Shown here: positions 54,273-63,211 of the stretch, piece after piece
Layout: each line of letters begins with the position of its first letter
How positions within the stretch are numbered: position 1 is the first letter of the stretch
Assembly: GCA_965202985.1 (NCBI GenBank)
Contig: CBDBCF010000001.1
Coordinates: 2,624,001 to 2,688,000 of the forward strand
From: Longimicrobiales bacterium
GTDB taxonomy: Bacteria; Gemmatimonadota; Gemmatimonadetes; Longimicrobiales; Gaopeijiaceae
DNA length: 64,000 bases
Direction: 5' to 3'
Made by a program: the position numbers and the translations under genes
The notes under the pieces: generated by a model
What the model was told of the DNA's origin: nothing
Seen by the model: the letters and a program-made list of their open reading frames with translations, nothing else
The model's database searches: none

Positions 54273-56642
54273 CTACAAGATCGCGTCCAGCTCCAAGTGG
54301 ACCCGGAAGCCCGGGTCGGGGCCGTTGAGGCCTCGGGCCACGTCGAAGCGCGCGAGCCCGTCCAGAACGCTGACGCCCAACCCTATGCCGTACAGGAAAT
54401 CGCTCCCGTCGAAGCGATCTTGCGCGCCGGCCCAGGCCGCGTCGCCGAAGAGGCTGGCGCCGATGCCGTGGTAGGTGCGGGCCACCTCCAGGCGACCGAG
54501 CAGCAGGGATGTGCCGAACGCCGCGGCCGTCTTGTGGCCGCGCAGGGTGGCGGGGCCGCCGACGTGCCATGTCCGCTGGGCGGGCGCGTTGCCCCAGATC
54601 GTGCCCGCGGCAACTTGGACGCCGAGACGCCAAGCGCTCCACTCGCCGCCCGACAGGGGCACGGCCGCTCGGGCCACGGCCTTGGTCTCCAGATATCGGT
54701 CCCCGTCCCGCTGGCCGTCCGCGAACCGCCAAGCCGCGCCCCGTGCCTGCACTTCCAATCCCAGCTGCGTCCGCGTGGGGTCGCTTCCCCACCACGGCGC
54801 CCAGCGCACCTCGGCGCCCGCCACGTCGACCTCGTCCACGGCGGGGTTCGGGCGGAACGCGAATCCGTCGCTGAAGGCCTTGAAGAGGGCGAAGTCCGTC
54901 TCCTTGACGACCGAACGCTGACGCTCCGCGAAGAGGCGGAGTTCGAACGATTCCCTGGCTAGCGCGGGCGGCCGCCACGCGAAGGTGGCGCCGGTGGCCC
55001 GGTAGTAGTCGCCGTTGTCGGTGCCGAAGAAGAAGGCGTTCAGGGTGTTGCCCAGGCCCAAGTGGGAGCTTTGCCGATCCGTGGCGCGCAGTTCGTGAAA
55101 CGCTTCCAGGGAAAGACGGCGCAAGATTGTGGAGCGCTCTACTTCTAGATGGATGTCGGGGCGCAGGTTCGCCAATCCCAGCAGGCCCGCAGCGCGGAAC
55201 GAAAAGCGACGTCCCAGCTCGGCCTGGAGCGAGCCCCCGGCCGCCAACCCTTCGACCCGATTGTACCGGAACCCCCCGCCGGCCCATCCCAAGCCCCACG
55301 ACAGCGGCGCCCGGCCCGAAGGCGGGGCCGGCAGCTTGGCCAAGTTCTCCACGTACGCTTGCAGCTCGTCGTCCGACGGGAACCCGGCGGCTTCTTCCCA
55401 GATGGGCGGCGGCAGGTGCGGGCTCTCGGCCACGCGACTTCGCTCCCGCGGCACGATCAGAAGCGCCTCCCGGACGAGCGCAGCCTCTTCCGACTCGTCC
55501 ATGAGCTCGTACGGCGCGTCGCCTTCGGACAGAAGCTCGGCGACGAATGCCAGCGCTTGGGCCCGCGTCTCGAAGTGCACTTCTTGCAGCTCGTCGGCGG
55601 GACTTGCGGCTGGAAGCTCCGCCGGCGCCAGGTCCTCCACTGTGGCCACCGACTCGATTCGGTACGCCAAGTCCATCGACACGGGCATCTTCAGGACGCC
55701 CGCCGCCACTTCTCCTTCCATCCTCATGCTGCGGGGCAGCCAGACCTTGAAGTCCCAGAGGCCGTAGTCCACCGCGATCATCTTCAGGTCGAACGTCCAC
55801 GGCTTGAATATTCCCGGCACGTAGCGGAAGCTGCCCCGGTCCTCTTCGCGTTGCAGTTCGGGGATGTCGCGGATCGCGTCGAACCGACGGCTCAGGCGGT
55901 AGACGGCGCGGACCAGCGCACCGGACTCGGGTTCGATCCACAGGGTGCCGGTAATGCGGTGGGCGTCGGCTTGGCGGGGCAGGACTTCGAGCTGCACCGC
56001 CGTGAGCGAGCGACCGTCGGGGAGCGAAACGGTCAGCGTGTCGCCGCTCCGAAAGCGGTAGTGGGAGTCGGCGTCGGCCGCCAGAGGATGGGCGAACCAG
56101 AAGGCGTCCCCGGCTTCGTAGCTCTCGCGGTCGTCCACGTCCACGCGGAAGTACTCGTCGTCCGGGTCGGTCAGGCCGAAGAGCAGCCGGTCGCCCCCGG
56201 GCTCGAAGGGCCGGTCGAAGGGAAGGTCGTCCAGCCAGTCCAGGTCGCCCTCGCGAACGGCGATGTCGCGCCCCGGGTAGCGGGAGCGCGTGCCCAGCAC
56301 TTGGACGACGGGCTCGTAGTCCCGGTCCCAGAAGGCGCGGGCCGCCGTCTCGTTGCGGTAGACGACCCGATCCTTGAGCGGCGTGCGGATCGCCGCGGCT
56401 ATCCGCTGCTCGATGCGGGCGGTGTACCGGACGACCGACTCGTCCAAGGTGCGCCAGTTGCTCTGTGCCGCCTCGTACAGGCGGGAGGCCGCGGCGTCCA
56501 AGAAGACGTCGGAGCCGCCGACGGCCTGTCCGGCCCCAGCGGTCGCGGTTGCGGCCAGGACGGCGACCGCGGCTCCGGCGCTGGCCAACGCCCGTCGCTG
56601 ACGCGGGCGCGCGTGCCGTCGTGCAATGCCGCGGGCCGTCAA
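54273..56642 (-). CDS. Predicted outer-membrane beta-barrel protein
   Basis: TTGA-coupled start, signal peptide, RYNRVEGL, GG..TLRG, LFGDAAW, G.G.SVLDGLARFDVARGL, C-terminal LELDAIL. Confidence 0.65.
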   Translation of the reverse strand: MTARGIARRHARPRQRRALASAGAAVAVLAATATAGAGQAVGGSDVFLDAAASRLYEAAQSNWRTLDESVVRYTARIEQRIAAAIRTPLKDRVVYRNETAARAFWDRDYEPVVQVLGTRSRYPGRDIAVREGDLDWLDDLPFDRPFEPGGDRLLFGLTDPDDEYFRVDVDDRESYEAGDAFWFAHPLAADADSHYRFRSGDTLTVSLPDGRSLTAVQLEVLPRQADAHRITGTLWIEPESGALVRAVYRLSRRFDAIRDIPELQREEDRGSFRYVPGIFKPWTFDLKMIAVDYGLWDFKVWLPRSMRMEGEVAAGVLKMPVSMDLAYRIESVATVEDLAPAELPAASPADELQEVHFETRAQALAFVAELLSEGDAPYELMDESEEAALVREALLIVPRERSRVAESPHLPPPIWEEAAGFPSDDELQAYVENLAKLPAPPSGRAPLSWGLGWAGGGFRYNRVEGLAAGGSLQAELGRRFSFRAAGLLGLANLRPDIHLEVERSTILRRLSLEAFHELRATDRQSSHLGLGNTLNAFFFGTDNGDYYRATGATFAWRPPALARESFELRLFAERQRSVVKETDFALFKAFSDGFAFRPNPAVDEVDVAGAEVRWAPWWGSDPTRTQLGLEVQARGAAWRFADGQRDGDRYLETKAVARAAVPLSGGEWSAWRLGVQVAAGTIWGNAPAQRTWHVGGPATLRGHKTAAAFGTSLLLGRLEVARTYHGIGASLFGDAAWAGAQDRFDGSDFLYGIGLGVSVLDGLARFDVARGLNGPDPGFRVHLELDAIL

Positions 56643-58048
56643 CGGCTTGCGCCTTGGCGGAACGGGTTGCGGACGCCCGCGCCGAGGTCGAAGCGGACCG
56701 CCGCAAAGTCCTCCCAGGCCACGTAGACCCACTGCACTGGCTCGGAGGCTATGCTTGTGTCCGGGTCGCCTGCGTCCACGCCCACGCTCGGCAGCACGAA
56801 GAGCCCTCGGTTCTCGCCCTCCGATTCGGCGTCCCGCGACAGCTCGAACACTCGACCGTCGACGAGGGACACGGCGATCGCGTCGTCCTCCCGGCGCGCG
56901 ACCTGCGTCACGGACCCGAACTCCACGGCGAACGCCGCCCCTTGGGACTCGCCCTGGAGCAGCTCCCACGACCACTCGTGCTCGGCGTCCCATCGGATCA
57001 GGCCCTCGATCTGCTCGCCTTGGCGGGTCGTGACCACCCCCGCAAGACGGCGCGCGCTCGCCCGCGCCCCGCCGTCGCCGCCCGCGAACGACTCGTATCC
57101 TCGCGCATCGGCCGGAGGGTGGAACCGCAGGACGCCGAACTCCTCCCACTCGACCTTGATCATGCCCAGCGCGGGGTCGAAGACGCGGACGCCCCGGTTG
57201 TCGCGGTTGACGTCGTTGGTCCCGGTCAGGTTCACGATATCGCCGGAGGCAAGCACCACTCGCGACCCGGACAGCCCTCGCTCGATTGACGCGATGTCGC
57301 CGAAGGGAATCTCGTGGTCCTTGCCGTCTTCGTCGAAGCCGTCCAGCACCTCCGAATCCAGCACCTCGTCAGAGTCCCACGCCACGTAGCCCGTGAACGA
57401 TCGCCCAAAGCGGTCTTCCACCGTGCCGTGGAGCCGCGCCGAGCGGGGTCGAGTTCCGGCGGGCGGCCGGGCAAACTCCACCCGTCGCAAGTTTCGCCAC
57501 TCGACCTGCGCGCTGCCGGCGCCGGGTTCGTCGACCTCGAGAGCCCGGGAGCGCGCAAGGGGCCGACGCAGAATCAACGGGGGCGGGGAAGTCGAGGCGT
57601 CGTCCTGGGCCGACCGCAGGACGAGCTCGACGCCGCCGCTCTCGGGCACGTTCACGGCCGACAGCCAACCGAACCGAATGCCGGTGGCGGCATGAAAGGG
57701 GTAGTCGGGATCGTCCTCGTTCCAAGACACCCGGTAGCCGCGGAGTTCGATCGAGCGAACCGGGCGCTCCCGGCCCGTCGCCGACAGCCACGCTTCGTAG
57801 TGCTCCGGGTCGGCGGCTCGCGTTCCGTCCAGGACGTCCGCCCAGCTTGCGGCGTTGTAGGCGCCGGGACCGTTCCACAGGATGAAGCCCTCGTGGAGCT
57901 CGCCCGCCGAGGTGTGGACCCGTCCCCAGATGCGGTCCGCTTGGGCGGCGGCCTGGGCGACGCCGCCGGCGCCCGCGACGACAGCGGCCGCCGAAACCAC
58001 GCACGCGCGCACAACCCGAGAACGGGGAATGGCAAGGGTTGGGAGCAT
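56639..58048 (-). CDS. Secreted hypothetical protein with three internal repeats
   Basis: Signal peptide; RIWGRVHTSAGELHEGFILWN / RLHGTVEDRFGRSFTGYVAWD / RLAGVVTTRQGEQIEGLIRWD, each followed by a LDG/LQG...F..I/V segment. Confidence 0.7.
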   Translation of the reverse strand: MLPTLAIPRSRVVRACVVSAAAVVAGAGGVAQAAAQADRIWGRVHTSAGELHEGFILWNGPGAYNAASWADVLDGTRAADPEHYEAWLSATGRERPVRSIELRGYRVSWNEDDPDYPFHAATGIRFGWLSAVNVPESGGVELVLRSAQDDASTSPPPLILRRPLARSRALEVDEPGAGSAQVEWRNLRRVEFARPPAGTRPRSARLHGTVEDRFGRSFTGYVAWDSDEVLDSEVLDGFDEDGKDHEIPFGDIASIERGLSGSRVVLASGDIVNLTGTNDVNRDNRGVRVFDPALGMIKVEWEEFGVLRFHPPADARGYESFAGGDGGARASARRLAGVVTTRQGEQIEGLIRWDAEHEWSWELLQGESQGAAFAVEFGSVTQVARREDDAIAVSLVDGRVFELSRDAESEGENRGLFVLPSVGVDAGDPDTSIASEPVQWVYVAWEDFAAVRFDLGAGVRNPFRQGASR

Positions 58049-58176
58049 GCATTCGGTTACGCAGTCGCGCAGCGCCGGGTTTCGCGCCGCCCGCCCGCGC
58101 CTTATCATGTCGTCAGTCCTCCCCGGCCCTGCGCGGGCCGCTCCTCTTGCACCATCGAGACCCGGTTGCTCCCCGC

Positions 58177-58707
58177 ATGACACGTTCGAACACCACAGCC
58201 CTGCGATCCCTCGTCGTGTGCGCCGCCCTGGCCGTCCCCGCCTGCGGCCCCTCCGAAGCCGGCGACGACGCCCCGGAAGCCGAAGACGCCGCGACCGCCG
58301 CCGATGCCGAAGACGCCGCCGCCAACCCGAGGTTCGGCGCGTGGCAGCTCGAGTCCGACGCGCCGGCCCCCTTCAGCAACGTCATGACCTACGAGCCCTG
58401 GGGCGACGGCGGCATGAAGATCACGGTCGCCTCGACCAACGCGGACGGCGAGTCCTCCGAGTGGAGCTACACGACGTTGTTCGACGGCGTGTTCCGGCCC
58501 GTGGAGGGGCAGGAGAACACCGAGACCGCCGTGGAGGTTGTGGACGACCGCACCAACCACATCTTCAACCGGCGAGACGGCGAAGTCTACCAAGTGATCG
58601 TGAACGTGTTGTCGGAGGACGGCAATCGGATCGACAACGAGTACCGGCGCACGGCGGAGGACGGCTCCGAGCGCGTGAGCCACGCCGTCTACCTGCGCAT
58701 TCAGTAG
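58177..58707 (+). CDS. Hypothetical lipoprotein, beta-rich (lipocalin-like)
   Basis: AVPAC lipobox, acidic linker with EAEDAA/DAEDAA repeat, FGAWQL, LSEDG..I, VY.RI. Confidence 0.7.
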   Translation: MTRSNTTALRSLVVCAALAVPACGPSEAGDDAPEAEDAATAADAEDAAANPRFGAWQLESDAPAPFSNVMTYEPWGDGGMKITVASTNADGESSEWSYTTLFDGVFRPVEGQENTETAVEVVDDRTNHIFNRRDGEVYQVIVNVLSEDGNRIDNEYRRTAEDGSERVSHAVYLRIQ

Positions 58708-58756
58708 GTCCGGCGGCGACACGCCGGTCGCGCCGCGCCGGGGGGCGTGGCTCGGT

Positions 58757-59182
58757 TCAAGCGCGGGCCCCGAGGCCTTGGCCCAACGGCGCCCTCAAGA
58801 CGAACCGGGGAATCGGGGCTCGAAAGACGACGCCGTCGCTGCTTCGGAAGTGGTAGAACCCTTCCATGTGGCCGACGGGTCCCTCCAGCACGCAGAAGCT
58901 CTGGTACTCGTGCACCTCTCCCGGTGCCAGCACCGGCGACTGGCCCACGACCCCTTCGCCCTCGACCTCCTGGTCGCCGCCGACCGGATCGTGGATCGTC
59001 CAGTGGCGCCAGAACAGCTGCACCGGCTCGTCCCAGGCGTTCTCGATCCGGACCAGGTATGCGAAGAGGTAGCGGTGCGGCGGCCGAGAGTGTGCGGTCG
59101 AGTACACGGGCTCGACATCGATGCGGACGCGGCCGGCGACCACGGGCGGGCGTCGGTCGGGGCGCGAAGCGGGCTGGATCAT
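58757..59182 (-). CDS. apaG: ApaG (Co2+/Mg2+ efflux-associated) protein
   Basis: YLFAYLVRIEN, VQLFWRHWTI, EVEGEGVVG.SPVLAPGE..EYQS, G.MEGFY, IPRF.L. Confidence 0.92.
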   Translation of the reverse strand: MIQPASRPDRRPPVVAGRVRIDVEPVYSTAHSRPPHRYLFAYLVRIENAWDEPVQLFWRHWTIHDPVGGDQEVEGEGVVGQSPVLAPGEVHEYQSFCVLEGPVGHMEGFYHFRSSDGVVFRAPIPRFVLRAPLGQGLGARA

Positions 59183-59336
59183 GGCGAGTGGGAATAGGCG
59201 CGTCCGGCGACTCCTTGGCAACCCGCCCCGCGCAGGCTTTGCCGGCCCCGCGCCTTGTGTCGCAAGCACTCCAGTCGTTTCTTCCGTGGGCGACAGGCCC
59301 CGCCGGCCCGAACCCAGCCCCCCAAGGACATCTGCG

Positions 59337-60572
59337 ATGCCGCCACGCACCCCAATCCGCCGCAGCTCGACGCGACCCGCCGCTCGGGACCGCGCCCTTG
59401 GCCGGCTCGGCCGGTCCGTCGTTCTGGCGGGCTTTGCGGTTGCTCTCTCTGCGGTTGCGGCGTCGGCCCAAGACGCCCAGGCCGGCGCCGTCGCGAGTGC
59501 GGCCGCCCGCTTGGAGGCCGAGATCCGCCGGGCCATGGTCGAAGGCGCCATCCCGTCGGTGGCCGTGGCCCTGACCGACCGGACCGGCGAGCTGTGGAGC
59601 GCCGCGTACGGGCAGGCGAACCTGTGGGCGCGCACGCCCGCCACGACGCGCACCGTCTACCTGATCGGCTCGACCTTCAAGGCCCAGTCCACCGTGGCGC
59701 TCCTGCAGCAGATGGAGCAGGGCAAGTTCGAGCTGGACGAGCCCGTGGCGCCCCACCTGGACGGGATGGTCGTGCGCGACGAAGACCCGGACCGCCCCGT
59801 CGTCTTTCGCCACCTGCTGACCCACACGTCGGGCATGCCGGGGGACTTCGGTCCTCATCTGGTGTGGAGCAACCAAGGCCCGTTGCCGCTGGACCGCTAC
59901 CTGGCGGACTCTCTTCGCGTGGACGCGCCGCCCCTGGAGGCCGTCGTCTATTCGAACATGGCGTACTCGCTGGTGGGCCGCTTGGTCGAGAAGCTGTCGG
60001 GCGTGCCCTATCGAACCTACGTCCGAAACGAAGTCTGGGATCGTCTGGGGATGACCTCGACGGCGTTCGAGCCCACGCCCGACATGGACGAACGGCTGGC
60101 GGTGCCTTACCAGCCCGACCCCGAGACCGGTCGCAACGCGCCCGCCCCGCGGCTGAAGGCCAACGTGTGGCCGGCGGGGATCGTCTACGGGACGGTTCAC
60201 GACCAGGCCGCCTGGGTTCGCTTCAACCTGGGGGACGGCAGCTGGGACGGCGAGCGCCTCCTGGCGGCTGCGACCTTGGACGAAATGCACGCCTTGCAGT
60301 ACCCGGAGTTCGCGGGCCAGCCGATGGGTGGCGGCTGGGGCTACGAGAACCCGGGCTACGGACTGACGTGGTGGGTCTCGGAACGGGACGGCGAGCGGTT
60401 CTTCGCTCATTCCGGCAGCGTGCCCGGGTACACCGCGTTCGCGGCGGGCAACCGGACCCGCGGGTTCGGCGTGGCGTTTCTGACCAACGGCCACCGGGCG
60501 CACCCCCACTTGGCGCGACTCTCGAACTTGGCGCTGGACCTGCTGGCGGAGGAGCTGGGCGCCTCGCGGTAG
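59337..60572 (+). CDS. Serine hydrolase, beta-lactamase class C/PBP-like
   Basis: SxxK IGSTFK, HLLTHTSG, YSN, YGLTW, HSGSVPGY; signal peptide. Confidence 0.9.
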   Translation: MPPRTPIRRSSTRPAARDRALGRLGRSVVLAGFAVALSAVAASAQDAQAGAVASAAARLEAEIRRAMVEGAIPSVAVALTDRTGELWSAAYGQANLWARTPATTRTVYLIGSTFKAQSTVALLQQMEQGKFELDEPVAPHLDGMVVRDEDPDRPVVFRHLLTHTSGMPGDFGPHLVWSNQGPLPLDRYLADSLRVDAPPLEAVVYSNMAYSLVGRLVEKLSGVPYRTYVRNEVWDRLGMTSTAFEPTPDMDERLAVPYQPDPETGRNAPAPRLKANVWPAGIVYGTVHDQAAWVRFNLGDGSWDGERLLAAATLDEMHALQYPEFAGQPMGGGWGYENPGYGLTWWVSERDGERFFAHSGSVPGYTAFAAGNRTRGFGVAFLTNGHRAHPHLARLSNLALDLLAEELGASR

Positions 60573-60587
60573 GCGCGGAACCCCGTC

Positions 60588-61862
60588 ATGCAGTCTCTTC
60601 CTTCGTTGCCGCCCGGATGGCCCACGGTCGCCGGCGCGTTGGCGGCCCTGGCCGTCCTGGCTTGGATCGCGAACTGGGCCGCCAGCCGGCTCTTCACCGG
60701 GGCGGTTCGTCGCGTGGCCTCGCGAACGCGCTCGACGTGGGACGACCGCCTGATCGAACGCAAGGTGTTCGCGCGCGTCGCGCAAGTGGCGCCGGCGCTG
60801 GTGATCTACGCCGGCATCGGTCCGGCGCTGGGCGTGGCGGGCATCGACGTGGCGGCTGCGGACGGGGGGCTTGCGGCTGCGCTGTGGACCGCGGTGCGAC
60901 GGGGCTGCGCGGCATTCGTCGTGTTCGTGGCGGCTCGGGCGTTCAAGGGGTTCCTGGACGCCGTCAACGACATCTACAACGACGCCTACGCCCAGGCCAA
61001 GTCGCGACCCGTCAAGGGCTACCTGCAGGTCTTGAGCTTGCTGGCGTACTTGGCGGCGGCGATCGCGGCGGCGGCAGTCCTGGCGGGGCGCTCGCCCGTC
61101 GTGTTCCTGTCCGGCTTGGGGGCGCTGGCCGCGGTGCTGATGCTGGTTTTCAAGGACACGATCCTGTCCCTGGTGGCCAGCGTGCAGATCATGTCCAACG
61201 ACATGGTGCGGATCGGCGACTGGGTCTCGATGCCCCAGGCCAACGCGGACGGCGACGTGGTGGACGTGGCCCTGCACACGGTCAAGGTGCAGAACTGGGA
61301 CAAGACGATCTCCACGATCCCCACGCACAAGTTCATCAGCGAGTCGTTCAAGAACTGGCGCGGCATGTCGGAGTCGGGCGGGCGCCGAATCAAGCGGTCC
61401 CTGCGGATCGACATGGGTTCGGTGCGATTCCTGACCGACGGCGAACTGGCGGCCCTCTCCCGGCGCGAGACGCTGCGCGACTACATGCGCGAGAAGCGGT
61501 CCGAGCTGGAGCGCCACAACGCCGGAGGGGCCGGCGGCGACGCAGACGCCGAGCCCGAACTGCGGCGCTTGACCAACCTGGGCACCTTCCGGGCGTACGT
61601 GCACCGCTACTTGGAGGCTCACCCCGCCACACACAAGGACATGACCCTTCTCGTTCGGCAGCTGGCGCCGGGACCGGAGGGCGTGCCCATCGAGATCTAC
61701 TGCTTCTCCAACGACACGGCCTGGGCCAACTACGAGGCGTTCCAGGCGGACGTCTTTGACCACTTGATCGCGGTGCTCCCCGAGTTCGGCCTGAAGGTCT
61801 TCCAGCGGCCGACGGGACAGGACTTCGCGATCGCCGCGGGAGGGGCTGGACGCTCGGCTTAA
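60588..61862 (+). CDS. Mechanosensitive channel, MscS family (YbdG-like)
   Basis: GLGALAAVLMLVFKDTILSLVASVQ, RIGDW, VKVQNWDKTI, FKNWRGMSESGGRRIKRS, TNLGTFRAY, LLVRQL. Confidence 0.93.
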   Translation: MQSLPSLPPGWPTVAGALAALAVLAWIANWAASRLFTGAVRRVASRTRSTWDDRLIERKVFARVAQVAPALVIYAGIGPALGVAGIDVAAADGGLAAALWTAVRRGCAAFVVFVAARAFKGFLDAVNDIYNDAYAQAKSRPVKGYLQVLSLLAYLAAAIAAAAVLAGRSPVVFLSGLGALAAVLMLVFKDTILSLVASVQIMSNDMVRIGDWVSMPQANADGDVVDVALHTVKVQNWDKTISTIPTHKFISESFKNWRGMSESGGRRIKRSLRIDMGSVRFLTDGELAALSRRETLRDYMREKRSELERHNAGGAGGDADAEPELRRLTNLGTFRAYVHRYLEAHPATHKDMTLLVRQLAPGPEGVPIEIYCFSNDTAWANYEAFQADVFDHLIAVLPEFGLKVFQRPTGQDFAIAAGGAGRSA

Positions 61863-62009
61863 GTTCCCAAACTCGAGGTCCTCCGCCCACGGCGCTTTGA
61901 CCAGGTCGCTTCCGGTGTAGATTGCCAGGGACCGGCCGCAGGAGACCTCCTTCAAGCGCGGCTCGAACGCGAGACCGGCCCCAACTCGAGGCCAGAAAGG
62001 ACGACAAGG

Positions 62010-62576
62010 ATGGATTTCCTGTCGAACGGCGACTTCTGGACGATCGTGGCGGTCCTCGTGTCCGCCCTCGGCGTGCATCGCGCCATGAAGGCCGACAGGC
62101 GCAGGGAGTGGCAAGAATTTCGGGCTGAGATCGGGAAGCGGTTCGAAGAGGCGGAGAAGCGACGCGAGGCGGGCGAGAAGCGGCTCGCCGAACAGATCGA
62201 CCGAGTAAGGCAGGAGCTTGGCCAGCGGATCGACCGGGGGAAGCGAGAGCTCGGCGGCGTGGAACAGAAGCTCGGCCATCGGATCGACCGGATGGAGGAC
62301 CGGATGAACGAGAACCACCGAGAGGTGTCGGCCGGGCTCGCCGAGACGAAGGCGGCGGTCAGCGACTTGCGCGCAAGGCTCGACGAGCGTTCCTCACCGC
62401 GCCGGTTGACGGGCGCCGACTTGCCCGGTTCGGTGGAGTCCGTCCGCTCGGGGGCCGTCGTGCGTGAGCCGTCGGGAGACTACTCGGAAGACGAGCCCAG
62501 GGACGCAGTCGAGCCGGAGGAGGCGCCGAAGGGCCGTCGGAGCGACATCGCGGAGGAGCGTTCCGACCGAGCGTAG
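62010..62576 (+). CDS. Membrane-anchored coiled-coil hypothetical protein
   Basis: AAAGGA RBS, N-terminal TM, 11-residue repeats LAEQIDR / LGQRIDR / LGHRIDR, tail VREP..DY. Confidence 0.65.
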   Translation: MDFLSNGDFWTIVAVLVSALGVHRAMKADRRREWQEFRAEIGKRFEEAEKRREAGEKRLAEQIDRVRQELGQRIDRGKRELGGVEQKLGHRIDRMEDRMNENHREVSAGLAETKAAVSDLRARLDERSSPRRLTGADLPGSVESVRSGAVVREPSGDYSEDEPRDAVEPEEAPKGRRSDIAEERSDRA

Positions 62577-63211
62577 ACCAGCCGTCCCACGGGGCGGGCG
62601 TCTCGGCCCCAGACGACTTCGCGGGTCAACAGCAGGTGGCCGCTTTCCAAGATGGACAGGCCGTCGCGGACGACGCCTCCGCCGGCAACGCGACGCTCGA
62701 ACCCCGGGGTGCCGCCTTGCCAGCGGACCCGGGCTTCGACCGGACCCTGAGGCGTGTCCGCCCGCCTCCACTCTCCCGCCAAGGGCGCCTCGACGGGCGA
62801 TTCGCCGTCGAACGACACGGCGAGCGTGCCGTCCGCCAAGCCGACGACCAGCGTCCGGGGCGCGACGCCCGCCAGCAGCATGGTCCGGCGGAGCCCCTCG
62901 GGCGTGCCCGACACGCCTCGGGAGCCGGACGACTGTTCCCGCAGCATGGCCATGGCCATGTCGGACGCCCGTTGCGTGATGTGATCCTCGGGGCGAGTCC
63001 CCGACACGCCCGCCGCCTGGGCGGTGGCTGCTTCGTCGAGGGTCCATGTGCCGGCCAGCCGAGCGGCGGCCTGCAGACGTTCCTGGGCTTGCTCCGGGTC
63101 GCCCGTCCCCGCGCCCGGCGCGGAGGCGCAGGCGTGAGCGGTCAGCAACGAGGCCGCGACGACCATGGCCCAACTCCGCCGGCGAACGATCACGGGTCGC
63201 CGCATCTTCAC
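62480..63211 (-). CDS. Hypothetical lipoprotein
   Basis: GTGA-coupled start, AHAC lipobox, LAGTWTLDE, beta-rich C-terminus RLVYAR. Confidence 0.6.
   Translation of the reverse strand: MKMRRPVIVRRRSWAMVVAASLLTAHACASAPGAGTGDPEQAQERLQAAARLAGTWTLDEAATAQAAGVSGTRPEDHITQRASDMAMAMLREQSSGSRGVSGTPEGLRRTMLLAGVAPRTLVVGLADGTLAVSFDGESPVEAPLAGEWRRADTPQGPVEARVRWQGGTPGFERRVAGGGVVRDGLSILESGHLLLTREVVWGRDARPVGRLVYARSERSSAMSLRRPFGASSGSTASLGSSSE

Noticed and set aside
59337..60572. Antibiotic-resistance beta-lactamase
   Set aside because: The motifs fit the broad serine hydrolase/PBP family, and nothing indicates true beta-lactamase specificity
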